DNA from: Cyanidioschyzon merolae
Lineage: Eukaryota
Reading direction: 5' to 3' (one strand)
Length of the DNA: 64,000 nt
NCBI GenBank assembly: GCA_000091205.1
Contig: AP006502.2
Shown here: positions 31,298 to 41,900 of the stretch, in pieces
How the letters are laid out: every line of letters begins with the position of its first letter
Position numbering within the stretch: the first letter of the stretch is position 1
The notes under the pieces: generated by a model
Database searches by the model: none
The model's input: only the letters and a program-made list of their open reading frames with translations
Told to the model about the DNA's origin: nothing
Made by a program: the position numbers and the translations under genes

Positions 31298-33836
31298 GTT
31301 CGAGACTAGCGGTGTCAAGTTCGGAGACAACGCCAGGAAACTGGTCCTGGACACGCTTTTTGAAGCACTCTTCAAGCGACAAGTCGTATGTACGAAGCGG
31401 CGGTGGCGGGTGTTGGGAGCGCCCTGCCCCCGCCAGGCCGCCACCGGGTGCATTCCTGTCCGCACGTTCCAGGCGAGGATCCTAGGGCACAAGCGCTGCA
31501 CCTCTGATGAAGCCTATTGGTTGGGGGTTTTCGCACCTGGACCTATGCAAGCTTTTGTAACTTTCGCTTTTATGGGCGTAGACGTGGAGCATAGGTAGTT
31601 CTATAAACGGTAAGATTGGTTACCTTTAGTGTTCTTGGCGAGTTTTCGCTCGTAGCGTTCGTTACCCGCTCAGAGGGGGAGCGCGTGGTGATGTATGGTA
31701 GGATGCGGGCTCTTCGTTCCTTGAGCGTTTCTCGTGGAGTTCGAATCGTGCAGTTACGACTGTAAACAAGCAGAGGAGAAGCCCGTAAGCTCAACTGTTC
31801 AATTGCTTGTGGGGCACTCTGTTCCATTGATGCGCGATGCGGCACGCTCATAGTCGAAGTACTTGATGCTTGCGCTGGTCAGCAGCAGCAGCAGCAGCAA
31901 TAGCACCAGTGTCCAGATTGAAGTAGCGGCATCCAACTTGCAGAGCAGATCCCGCGGGCTACTGCTGCCGCGAACAAGAAGGCTCCCAACGGGCGTCCCT
32001 CTCTAAACCCGAGAAGGCACTGCTTCGTGCCGGGCTCAGGGGCATTGTCGCCCGCCGCTGCTGCCCTGTCCTGCGACCGGTGCGCCGAGTGAACAACGCT
32101 ATTCGCAGTGACGCATGAGAAACACCGACCCGAGCGCTGCACGGCCTTTCTATGGGACAACGACAGATGACTCAACCGTGTTGGTTTCCGATCGTAAAGC
32201 GCAGCTCATATGACGGAACCACAGCACTGCTCAAAGTATCCGCTCGCACACATTCTATATACGCAGCGGAAGCAAGAAAACTCGATGGACGTGCGCGAGG
32301 TGCTCGGTACATGCATGTTAGAATAGAATGGAAAGAAACAACGTACTTAAGACGGGCGTATGCCCCAAGTATGGGATCTCTTCGCACGGTCATCGACAAC
32401 AGCCTCTGCGAGCTTGCTCTGACACTGATTCCTATTAAACTTTCTTGTATGCGGCTTGATATAAGCGGGTCTCTCCTTCCCCTGTAGCGCCGTTGTGAGC
32501 CGTCGAACGATGTGCATGGCAGTGCCCAAGTCCCGATTCCGCCGATTCCAGCTGTCGTCAACACAATCATGCAGAGACGCAAGATGCGATATACGCCTCG
32601 TTTGCGATGTCCATCTTCTTTGTAGACACCCTCGATGCGCCCTTCTCAGATCTGCGACTTGACTGAACTCAGGTGCGTTCATATGACCGTCATACAATAT
32701 CTTCCATCTCAGAGGGCAACCCTGTGGCACGTGAACACTTGCCTCATCGTTTCGGTACGTGCTCTTGACAGGTGCAGAAGGCTCTTTTTGATGCCGTCCA
32801 CTATTTCCGCATCCGGTGTCGTACTCTCTGATCACGGGCTTTTTCCGGGAGCTGCCCTTCGGCGATTACTTTGTCCGCAGCCAAAGCAAGCGTACGCTGT
32901 CTCATGCGATCGAGAATTTACTTTGCACGATACTGCCCGTAATGCAACAACTAACGGAACAAGAATCTAGGCTGGAAGTCAAGTCCAAAAATTTCCACCC
33001 ATCTACCTTCCCTTCCTGCCGAACAGTGGTCACACACGCTGCACTGGAAACGATCACTGCAATGACCCGAGTCCGCGTCCAAGACCATTTCCATGCAAAC
33101 AGAAGAAACGGGCGCCTCTGAGCACATATCCCATGACAGGTATCGGGTTGGTGTGGAATGCGGTTTCGTCAAAGGCCAGAGAGCGTGAGATTTGTCGTTC
33201 GAGGGAACTCAATCGTTCGATTTGACAAGTTCAGTGAACGCTCGATGTCAGCGTGTGGGCAAGTCAGCAGACGACATCGAGTACCTCTTCGGTCAATGCA
33301 GGTACGCGACTGCGCGGAAACGAGAAGAACCCCAGAATGGAACGCGCTGCGCGCAAGGAGAAACGCAGAGGCTTGTACATATGAACTCGATGATGATATC
33401 GATTATTTTACGAACCCCAGGTTCAGGGCAACGCGAAACGTCTTCATTCCAGTAACGTTACGTATTCCAGTGGCAACGAGTCGAAACAGATACTCCGAAA
33501 GCACCACCACCAAGCATCCTAAAATGACGCATACAACAGTGCGCCCTTCGTGCTGCACACTGAATCTCCAGGCTGCACATCAAAGCAACTTCGGAAAAAG
33601 TCGAAACCCAGGAACCGACCAAGCTGTTCAGGATTCCTGTTGAATATGATGCGGGTCTAAGAGACGCACGTCTCCGCGGCAAAGACACCGTGGGTACGCA
33701 TGGATCGCCGACCTCGCTTCACCGACACGAGTCTTTGCCGACAAGCGTCGCTTGTAGACACAGCGTCAACGCTTTGAACTGCCTGGAGAGATCCATGGCG
33801 CGTAAACGTCGGTACCTAGCCAGTTCAACACAGGGA

Positions 33837-36320
33837 TTAAGGCGCCACTGCGAGAATGCCGCGGACTTGGCTGGTACGATCACCAGCCTGCGAGCGATGC
33901 ATCCACCGACCGCAGTCCGGTCTCTGAATCTCCACGAATACTTCGGTTCGTGGACCAACTCGCTCAAGTACGACGTGTTGACACCAGCTTCGTATTGTCT
34001 CGGGACGACAACACGCATCCGTCTCGAGACGCAGTGTTACCAAAGCCCTATCCCAGGTCACAAAACAGATACGCAGGGAACGCATTACCGTGTGCCCATC
34101 GCTCAGGAGTGGATGCTGGAACAGCTCTGCAGTGAGCTTCCTCTGCTGGCGCTCCGCGTAGACACCCGCCAGCAATTCGTAGCACTGACGGACGCACGGC
34201 ATGGTCGTCACGAGGATGAGGCTGGCAATTAGCATCGAACAGACCGGATCACTCCAGGCGAGTCCCTGGTAGCGCACTAGAATACTGGTGATGATCACCC
34301 CGATGCTACCGAGGGTGTCGGCAAGCAGATGAAGGTACGCTGCCCCCATGTTTTGGGCACCGGCAGAACAAGATTCTCTCAGGTGATGATGATGATGATC
34401 ATGATGATCATGGAGCAACCACAGTCCCAGGATGTTCACTGCCAAACCTATACAAGCTACCGGCAAAAGCGGCTCCACCTGGAGCGGCAATGGTTCCACG
34501 AGCCTCCACAGCGCCTCTAACCCAATGTTGAGCGCAACCAGGCTGAGCACCAGAGCGTTGGTATAGCCGGCAAGCACTTGCATCCGCTGAAGACCGAACG
34601 GAAAGCGGCGACTTGGCGGAAGTGCCGCTCCGTAGGAAGCCAGCAACGCCAGGAGCAGCGCGGAAGCATCCAGCAGCATATGTGCCGCGTCCGACACCAG
34701 GCTCAACGAGTGCGACCAGCTCCCACAGACAAACTCTATCGATGCATATGATAGGTTCAAAAGCAAGGCGAAGAGCATTTTCCGTGCCTCTCGATGGTGT
34801 CGCACATGAGCCAAAAAGCGATACCAGTGGTGCCGCCAACGTGATCCAGGAGCGTCAAACGACGTCTCGACGTCGTATTCGCGGAAAAACTCGGAATCGA
34901 ATACGTCGCGTCCTTTATCGAGGCACTGGTTAGGCATCCACGGATCCAGAGCACATCGGTGCGCGGCAATCGTTCGCATACCCGAAAGTTGTGAAGCGTT
35001 TTCACCAGGTTCCGGGAGTTGATGGTTCCGCTCTTCACCCGCAATGCTCGTCAGTCGCTGCGGAGTGGCATCGGATTTTTGGCGGAGGCGCTGCACCAGC
35101 CACGATAGGATGCTTGCACTCGGCACCGTCAACCAGTACAGATGAAGTTCATAGCAACAGGCGGAAGCCTCGGTTTCTGGCAAACCCAAGTTAAACAAGA
35201 ACAATAACATAAACACGAGCGCTGCAAACAAAACCGGCGTCATGGTCTGAAGCTGCTCCAGGGGCTCACCGGGCGCGCTTCTCGTGAACCACGCCAGACA
35301 CCAATCCGCGGTGATGAGCACGCCCAAACGAAAAAAGAATACACTAAATTGAGCGATGCTTCGAGATTGTAAATGATCAACGAGGTAATCTTTGGGTACG
35401 CGTCTGGTCGGCAGCATCGCAAACAGGAAATGGAAGAGTCCATAGAGAACTAGCGCTGCGGTGGTAGCGATGAGGCGTCGGTGTGCTCGTTCCCGTCGCC
35501 GCAACAGCAGCGCGTATTCACCGGGCTCTCCTGCCATGTCCTGTTCGTGGCGCTGCTCTAGAAAGTGAGCGAGGGCAATATACAGAAGACCGATACCCAG
35601 GAGCGCTTTGTCGGTGACATCTCCCCAGAGCGTACTGTTGCCCGTGGCCTTGCTGGCAATGTAATCGCACGGCTCCCGGAAGCATTCCCAGAGCATCAGC
35701 GCCATCAGCACCACAGCTGACACCAAAGCAGCAATTGCGTCATGAAGGAGGATGGAGCGTTGTCTGTATCGCCAGCAGAGCGTCAGCGCCCGGAGCAAGG
35801 CGAGACCAGTTTGATCACAGAGGAGCACCAGCTGGGTGCCCTCTACTGCAGATCCGCAAAGTGCTAGTTTTGAAGCCGCCAACGTTACGCCTATGATATA
35901 TAAAAGCCGAAACCGAAGCACGTTGCTCAAGTCCAAAAGCCGGGTAAACCGTCTGGGTGCCGCCCGCTGAGCTCCTTCGCGGCGTTGCAGCAGCAGCAGC
36001 AGCCGTCTGTGCTGCTGCTGCTGCTGCTGCTGCAAGTCATGAACCCCAAAATCGGCATCTTCGCCAAGATCCATGACAACAGCAGCACCGTTTTCTATTC
36101 CCGTTCGGTTTACCCAGAGGCTTTGTGGCCGTATCCTTTTCACCAACACCAACAGGGGAGCGAGTCCGCAGGCTCCGACGAGACCCACCAGCCCGAGCGC
36201 TGCAAAGAGCAGGCCCACTGCGCCCGAGTCTGCTGGGTGCACCAGCGCGCTTAGGCCACAGGCTTCGGCGATCCGACCAACTTGAAACAGCAGACCGAGT
36301 TTGAAAAGCTGAACATCCAT
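33837..36320 (-). CDS. cation diffusion facilitator zinc transporter, ZnT5/Msc2-like (long multi-TM N-terminal region plus CDF core)
   Basis: CDF core with two HxxxD motifs (SLVSDAAHMLLD and HLLADTLGSIGVI). A His-rich loop HDHHDHHHHH lies between TM helices. The C-terminal metallochaperone-like domain reads TVMRSLRICFVTWDRALVTLRLE. About 450 aa of additional hydrophobic helices sit N-terminal, as in SLC30A5. The track start is a TTG at 36323; the ATG is at 36318-36320. Confidence 0.85.
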   Translation of the reverse strand: MDVQLFKLGLLFQVGRIAEACGLSALVHPADSGAVGLLFAALGLVGLVGACGLAPLLVLVKRIRPQSLWVNRTGIENGAAVVMDLGEDADFGVHDLQQQQQQQHRRLLLLLQRREGAQRAAPRRFTRLLDLSNVLRFRLLYIIGVTLAASKLALCGSAVEGTQLVLLCDQTGLALLRALTLCWRYRQRSILLHDAIAALVSAVVLMALMLWECFREPCDYIASKATGNSTLWGDVTDKALLGIGLLYIALAHFLEQRHEQDMAGEPGEYALLLRRRERAHRRLIATTAALVLYGLFHFLFAMLPTRRVPKDYLVDHLQSRSIAQFSVFFFRLGVLITADWCLAWFTRSAPGEPLEQLQTMTPVLFAALVFMLLFLFNLGLPETEASACCYELHLYWLTVPSASILSWLVQRLRQKSDATPQRLTSIAGEERNHQLPEPGENASQLSGMRTIAAHRCALDPWMPNQCLDKGRDVFDSEFFREYDVETSFDAPGSRWRHHWYRFLAHVRHHREARKMLFALLLNLSYASIEFVCGSWSHSLSLVSDAAHMLLDASALLLALLASYGAALPPSRRFPFGLQRMQVLAGYTNALVLSLVALNIGLEALWRLVEPLPLQVEPLLPVACIGLAVNILGLWLLHDHHDHHHHHLRESCSAGAQNMGAAYLHLLADTLGSIGVIITSILVRYQGLAWSDPVCSMLIASLILVTTMPCVRQCYELLAGVYAERQQRKLTAELFQHPLLSDGHTVMRSLRICFVTWDRALVTLRLETDACCRPETIRSWCQHVVLERVGPRTEVFVEIQRPDCGRWMHRSQAGDRTSQVRGILAVAP
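35988..36033. repeat. (CAG)5-7 nt-(CTG)7 perfect inverted repeat (hairpin-capable) inside the ZnT CDS
   Basis: gcagcagcagcagcagc cgtctgt gctgctgctgctgctgctgctgc. The arms are exact reverse complements over 17 bp. The protein reads ...LQQQQQQQHRRLLLLLQ... Confidence 0.9.
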
Positions 36321-36873
36321 CAAAGGCGGTCAGACTGTTGCCATAGCCAGCTGCAAGCGGAGGCTCGAGGAGAGCGGCGCCAGCACCTCCTGGGGTAAAC
36401 CTAATGGAGGCGCGCCAGGCACCAGGTCAAATTCCTGGTACTGTGGTTGCGGTAACGAGCGCGGGGTACACAACGATGCTGCATAGATATTTTGTTTCCT
36501 TTACTGCTTCTTCGGAGGCTGGTTCCTAAATGGAGTGCAGCCAACAACGCTCATGACGCGTTGCGACTGGAATAGCGCTCTCCTTGGGCCTCTGAGCAGG
36601 TCTCCGGGTGGAACGGTGGCATGTGCGCTTGTGCAAGTATATACATAATTGCTCATGTATGTACAGATTGGTGCACACGGTGGTTCCTCGGCTGCAGAAC
36701 AGTACCCTATTGTATTGTTGCGCTTGCGCTTCCCTGGAACGCACCCAGCAGTATCGTCTGGTCCAGAAGCAGCTGTAGAAGCGCTCAAGAGCTCTATAGG
36801 CGCTCAGTGCCTGCTAGGCAACGAATCAGAGTAGGCGCTGACGCCTAGCGCTGAGCGCGGGGCCGAACACGCC

Positions 36874-38610
36874 ATGCGGCAGCAGCAGCAGCGGGCTCCG
36901 GTGTCCGCGCCTCCGCGTGGTACCTGGGCTGGCGCTCGGGCCCGCAAAGCGTGGAACGACCGAACGCTCGTATCCGCCGCCTTCGTCACGAGTAGTTTTT
37001 CTAGTCGTCGTCGTCGTCGTCGTTGTCAGTACTATGGTCAAACTGAACCCTTGTGCTTATCGCTGCTGCGACGCATCGACTGCCCGCACTGGGAAGCGTG
37101 CGCCGGCTGCACGCTACAAGACGCGACAGCGCAAGCAAGACCACCTATTTTCGAGCAAGTTGCAACGTTCTTCGCTGAAACCTTCGGATACCAGTTACCT
37201 GAGCCAGTGGTTGCGTCGAGTTCTCATCACTGGCGAACACTGGCCAAGCTCGCGGTTCGATGTGCACCAAAAACGCCCCACCAGAACAGGGTGGACAAAG
37301 TGCGCAGCTGGGCGCCACAATTGGGCCTGTTTCGAGCAGGTACTCATGAGGTCGTCGCGATACCCGAGTGCCAAGTACATCACGCTGCCCTGAACAAGGC
37401 GTTCAAGTGCTTGGAATGCGTTCTTGCCCGTTCCGCTGTAGCAATCTACGATGAGCGTCGACCCCGGCTGGAGTCGCTGCGCTACGTTCAGCTGGCCGTT
37501 GAACGCCGAACCGGCCGGGTGCAGCTGGTACTTGTCGGGTATCGGGAGCCGACCAGCCAGCCGGTTGCACCATCCCGACGGCGCACTGATGCCAGCTTGC
37601 TGACACCCACCTGGCGAATGCTCTGCGACCAGCTCTGGGAAGAGGGCAAGCGCTTCGGATCCAAGCAGCAGTTGTGGCATTCGATATGGGTGCATATGCA
37701 CGCTGGGCGAGGCAATGCCATTTTTGCATCGGCACATGAAGCGAGCCAAACGGAGACCGCCCAGTGGCAACAGGTGTACGGTGACGCGCCGTTTATCATC
37801 GACGAACCTCTGGCTGGTGAACCAGGCCCGGTGATGGTGCTCCCACCGTTCGCTTTCCAGCAGGCGAATCTGACTGCTTACCGGGCGATGTTACCGCTGA
37901 TCGGATTCTGGTGTATGCAGCCGCTGCCTAGCAGTGTCCAGCGACGCTGCAACGTTGCCGCGATGACCAGTCAGCCACAAGTCGGTACCGTGGCATCCAG
38001 GTCGATGCCAGTGCTCCGAATCGCCGAGTTCTGTGCGGGAGTCGGCTCGATTGGGCTCAGCGTTGTACGGCAAATGCAACAATTGCCGAATGCTCCTGCA
38101 CACATCTACCTCTGGGCGAGCGATATTCATCCGGGTGGCCAGGTTGCGTTCTGGGAAACAGCACGCCGTAATGGCCTTCTTGACGAACGGGTGAGGTCCG
38201 CACTCGAGCTGCGCTACCAAGTCGGGTCGCTGACGGCACTCGCACAGCGCGTCCATGACCCGAAGGTTGCGGCTTCGATCGTGATTGCGGACCCACCGCG
38301 TGCAGGTCTCGGACCAGTGTTCATCAGTGAGGTGCTGGGCAAAGCGTTGACTCCGTCCGCCACTGATGATGCTGCATCGAGTCGTCTGGAGCGCTTTATC
38401 TACGTGAGCTGTTCGATGTCATCGTTCATGCGGGATGTGCGACAACTGGTTTCTTTCGCACCGAATGATCGCAACAGAGACGCTTCTGAGCCGACGGTGT
38501 GCTGGACGTTACGTCACGCCCAACCGTATTTGTTTTTTCCTGGTGCAGATCACTTGGAAATGGTAGCTGTGTTTGACCGACAGGTTCGAGGACGTTGTCG
38601 GATGTCGTAA
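36874..38610 (+). CDS. RNA (uracil-5)-methyltransferase, RumA/RlmD/TRM2 family, with [4Fe-4S]-type Cys motif
   Basis: CPHWEACAGC is a Cx5Cx2C motif as in RumA. The SAM/RNA MTase motifs are present: IVIADPPRAGL (DPPR.G), FAFQQANL (F.Q.N), and YVSCSMSSFMRDV with the nucleophile Cys as in YVSCNP.TLARD. ATG start at 36874, preceded by a short polyQ. Confidence 0.85.
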   Translation: MRQQQQRAPVSAPPRGTWAGARARKAWNDRTLVSAAFVTSSFSSRRRRRRCQYYGQTEPLCLSLLRRIDCPHWEACAGCTLQDATAQARPPIFEQVATFFAETFGYQLPEPVVASSSHHWRTLAKLAVRCAPKTPHQNRVDKVRSWAPQLGLFRAGTHEVVAIPECQVHHAALNKAFKCLECVLARSAVAIYDERRPRLESLRYVQLAVERRTGRVQLVLVGYREPTSQPVAPSRRRTDASLLTPTWRMLCDQLWEEGKRFGSKQQLWHSIWVHMHAGRGNAIFASAHEASQTETAQWQQVYGDAPFIIDEPLAGEPGPVMVLPPFAFQQANLTAYRAMLPLIGFWCMQPLPSSVQRRCNVAAMTSQPQVGTVASRSMPVLRIAEFCAGVGSIGLSVVRQMQQLPNAPAHIYLWASDIHPGGQVAFWETARRNGLLDERVRSALELRYQVGSLTALAQRVHDPKVAASIVIADPPRAGLGPVFISEVLGKALTPSATDDAASSRLERFIYVSCSMSSFMRDVRQLVSFAPNDRNRDASEPTVCWTLRHAQPYLFFPGADHLEMVAVFDRQVRGRCRMS

Positions 38611-38654
38611 ACGCTGCGCCTGTATCGCGAATGCAATTTCCAGCGGTTGCTAGT

Positions 38655-38686
<32 letters not shown>
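38655..38686. repeat. (CAG)10 microsatellite in the convergent 3' intergenic region
   Basis: cagcagcagcagcagcagcagcagcagcag read directly, 45 bp after the stop of the m5U MTase gene. Confidence 0.9.
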
Positions 38687-38687
<1 letters not shown>

Positions 38688-38901
38688 GCAAGCTGCTCTC
38701 GAGTACGACACCGGTGAGCACTTTCCAAAGCGTCTTTGGCGATACCCGAGCGTGTCGCGCAAATCCAACACTCAGTCACTGCAAAAGTAGCCGGCCTGCA
38801 GCAGGAGCTTTGCCCAGTTTCAGGTGCAGTGCCGCGGATGCTGGAATCATGCTCCTCGTTGCTCGTGCTCACTCGGCGCATCGACAGGTCAATGGCGAGC
38901 C

Positions 38902-41900
38902 TCAGAGACTCACGGTGGCACTGGTTCGAACCAGGATACTGCTGCTGCTGCTGCTGCTGCTGCTCATCTCGTCGAACATCGAGTCATCGGTGTGAACACC
39001 AGCTGACACCGCCTTGCGATGCGCTCGTGTCGGAGACGATAACGCCGCCTGTCCCGATGTATACGCCGCTGCCGCTGCTCCTCGTGTTCTTTGCGGATGC
39101 ATGAGGTCACTGGAACGCCTACCCTCGCGTCCTGGACGCAGCAACTCGTGTTCAGCGGCAAAGTGGCCACGACGGTAGCGGCCGCCACGGCAACCAATAC
39201 GATGAATATCCCGGCGATCGACGTGCCGCCTCGACAACACCGCTGCTGCCTTTCCTTGTGCATCTTCTTCATCCTCCTTTGCCTCTATCTCTATCTGAAT
39301 CGCTGCCTCTGCCTCTGTCGTTGACGTGTGCATCGAACGTCCACCACTCTTGTCGCCAAGGCGGCGGGGCGATCGACGGCGCCTGCCCTGTGCGTTGAAA
39401 CAAGGATCGGCACACAAGATGCCGTCTTCACCCGTATCGACGTCTTCTTCGTCTTCGTCTTCACGATGGTGACGATCACGACCATCATCGGTGTCGCCGA
39501 ATGTAATCATCCAGGGGATATCGCCCAAGATACCGTTTCCAAAAGGCCCGAGGTCGTGTTCCAGTGGATCACCGGTCCACTGCCACCACTTGGGATCGAT
39601 CACGATATCGCCGTCACCGAGATCATCCGACTCCGGCCTGAACGGTGACCACAGACCACTCGACTCGTCCGAAGACGATAGTCGTAGTAGTTCTCGTTCA
39701 TAGGCATCGATCTGTCGCATACGCTGGAGATGACGATAAGCAAATGCCAACTGGCCCAGGTTACGCGAACGCTTTCGACGCTGCTGCCTGCGACAGGATG
39801 TGCGTCGCCCGCTACGCACTCGTTCCGTTGCTTCGGTGAGCGCTGTGGCGGAAAGCATCGGAGGCTCGGAGCGTACGCTCTCGCGACGATGTCGCTTAGG
39901 ATGCCTGCGTCGAGCCTCGCGATACACTGGTGACGCATTCTCGATATGGTCAGCACCACAATTACGATCATCGTCATCGTCATCAGTCAAGCTTTTCGGG
40001 GTTGCAGCTCCAGCACCGTGTCGTACCTGCGCTGCACGCCATGTTGCTGCTGCTCTTGGCGGTGGCGAGGGCAGGGCATGCTCACACGTCGCTACTGCCG
40101 TTGCCACTGCCACTGCTGCATGATCGAGGTGTTCACGCACGCTACCAGCATCCGGTGGTTGTGCTGTATCACCGCCAGCTTGCACTGGTATTGGCGTTCG
40201 TTCAAGCGCTCCAGTCGGTTCCGTTCGTGCGGAAACGGTACCAGATGCAGGCATCGTGCCAATGGGCGCACTCAACGCATCTTGTACCGTTGACGGTGCA
40301 ACGTGCGGCACGTGCTCATCAGAAACACCGGTTACCGATACGTCGCGAGTGTCATCATCGGATATCTTTGTCGAATCTCTTCCGGGCGCTGATCTCTCCT
40401 CAGCGGATTGCAGCGGTGTTGCCGCGGGATCCCTCACCGTCGCTGCGAGATGTCGGCCTACTGCTTCGATAATGGTGTCGACGCTGACCATGTTGGCAGC
40501 AGGGTCGGTAACAGCCTCGGAAGATGCGGCACGCTGATCAGCGACCTGCGCAGTGCTCAGTACGGGATCCGTTCCGGGATGCTCACCAGGTGTTGGGGCA
40601 GCTGCAGCTAGCGCCGCTCCAATATGTCTCCCCGGAACAACCAGGTATCGTCGATGAGCGGCCGAGGACGCACTTGCACCTAACGAAGGCGCCTGTGGCG
40701 TGACGTCCACGCGTAAATCCGCTGTTGAAACTGCCTCCACGAATGCCTCTGGCGTTGCTTCCGTTTCCTGACGCAGTGCCTGGTGTGGTATAAGCAACAC
40801 GAGGCCGTGTGTCGTTTTGATCGAGGTAATCGTAATGCGCTGATCACCGGCGTACGCTGGCAGCGTCGCAGTCGGTCCAATCGTTTCCGCTGATACCGGT
40901 CGATACTCTTCGATGCTGCCAAAGAGCACGCCTTCTGCCTCACTGGAGCTGGATACATCACTCTCCGCGGAGGATACGTCCGCTGCCGCATCGCTGCGCG
41001 ACAGCGCATGCTCAACATCCGTCACAGAGGCACAGTCACTGCACGAACAAGTGATGTCGAGGTGCTTGTACAGCTCGACCTCTGCTTCCAGACACTGGCC
41101 ACAGCTGCACGACACGCCATGCGCGGCGATGCACCGGTACTCGACGCCGTTCGAGAACATCGCTGTATCGCCAGTGATGCCTGCAACCAGACCGTCTGCA
41201 ACCTGGGGAATTGCTGCCAGGTCTGGCAGCAAGAGTCGAGATGCTTCATCGTCAAGGAGCAGGGCCCGTGCGTCCGTGTTCTCATTCTGGATCACTGTCC
41301 CGGAGGATGGAGCCCCGCGCTCGGGAGCACTCGCTGCATTGGGACCGGATGCACCAGCTGCGGGGCCGAGTTTGTCACCCAGCTGCTGAATCGTAGCCAT
41401 TCCAGCAAGCGCAGCACGATTCGGGACTGCAGTGGACCCGGTTCCATGCCCCAGGTTCAGATCCTGGCCAGTGTAGACTTCGCAATCCGGATGCCTCAGG
41501 AGATAGGCTTTCAGATTTTTGGCCAACGGCGACGCATTTCCCGAAATTTTCAGCTTCTTCACTCGATTCCATATGGGTACGTGCTCGCCGAGGCCTCCGC
41601 TCCCACTGCGCGCATCAAAAGAGCGTAGACGGCCCTGTTCATCGAGATCTTGGCCACAATATACTTCACAATTGGTGTACTTTGCTAAGTATTTGCGCAG
41701 GTTTTTCGCCAAGGGTGCAGCGTTGCCGCTGATTTTGCGCAACTCTTCGCGGTTCCAAATAGCGACCCGATCCTTCGCCCGATACTTGATGGTTTCTTGA
41801 TTCTGGGGAATGGACACTACGAGAATGACGGGATCCGCGAGATCACCATTCGAACCGGGTTTCTCTACAAAGCGCACATTCTGCTGGACGAGCGATGACG

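Noticed and set aside
33690-34232. 180-aa plus-strand ORF overlapping the 3' end of the ZnT gene
   Set aside because: It overlaps the conserved C-terminal domain of a confidently identified gene on the other strand. No features of its own.
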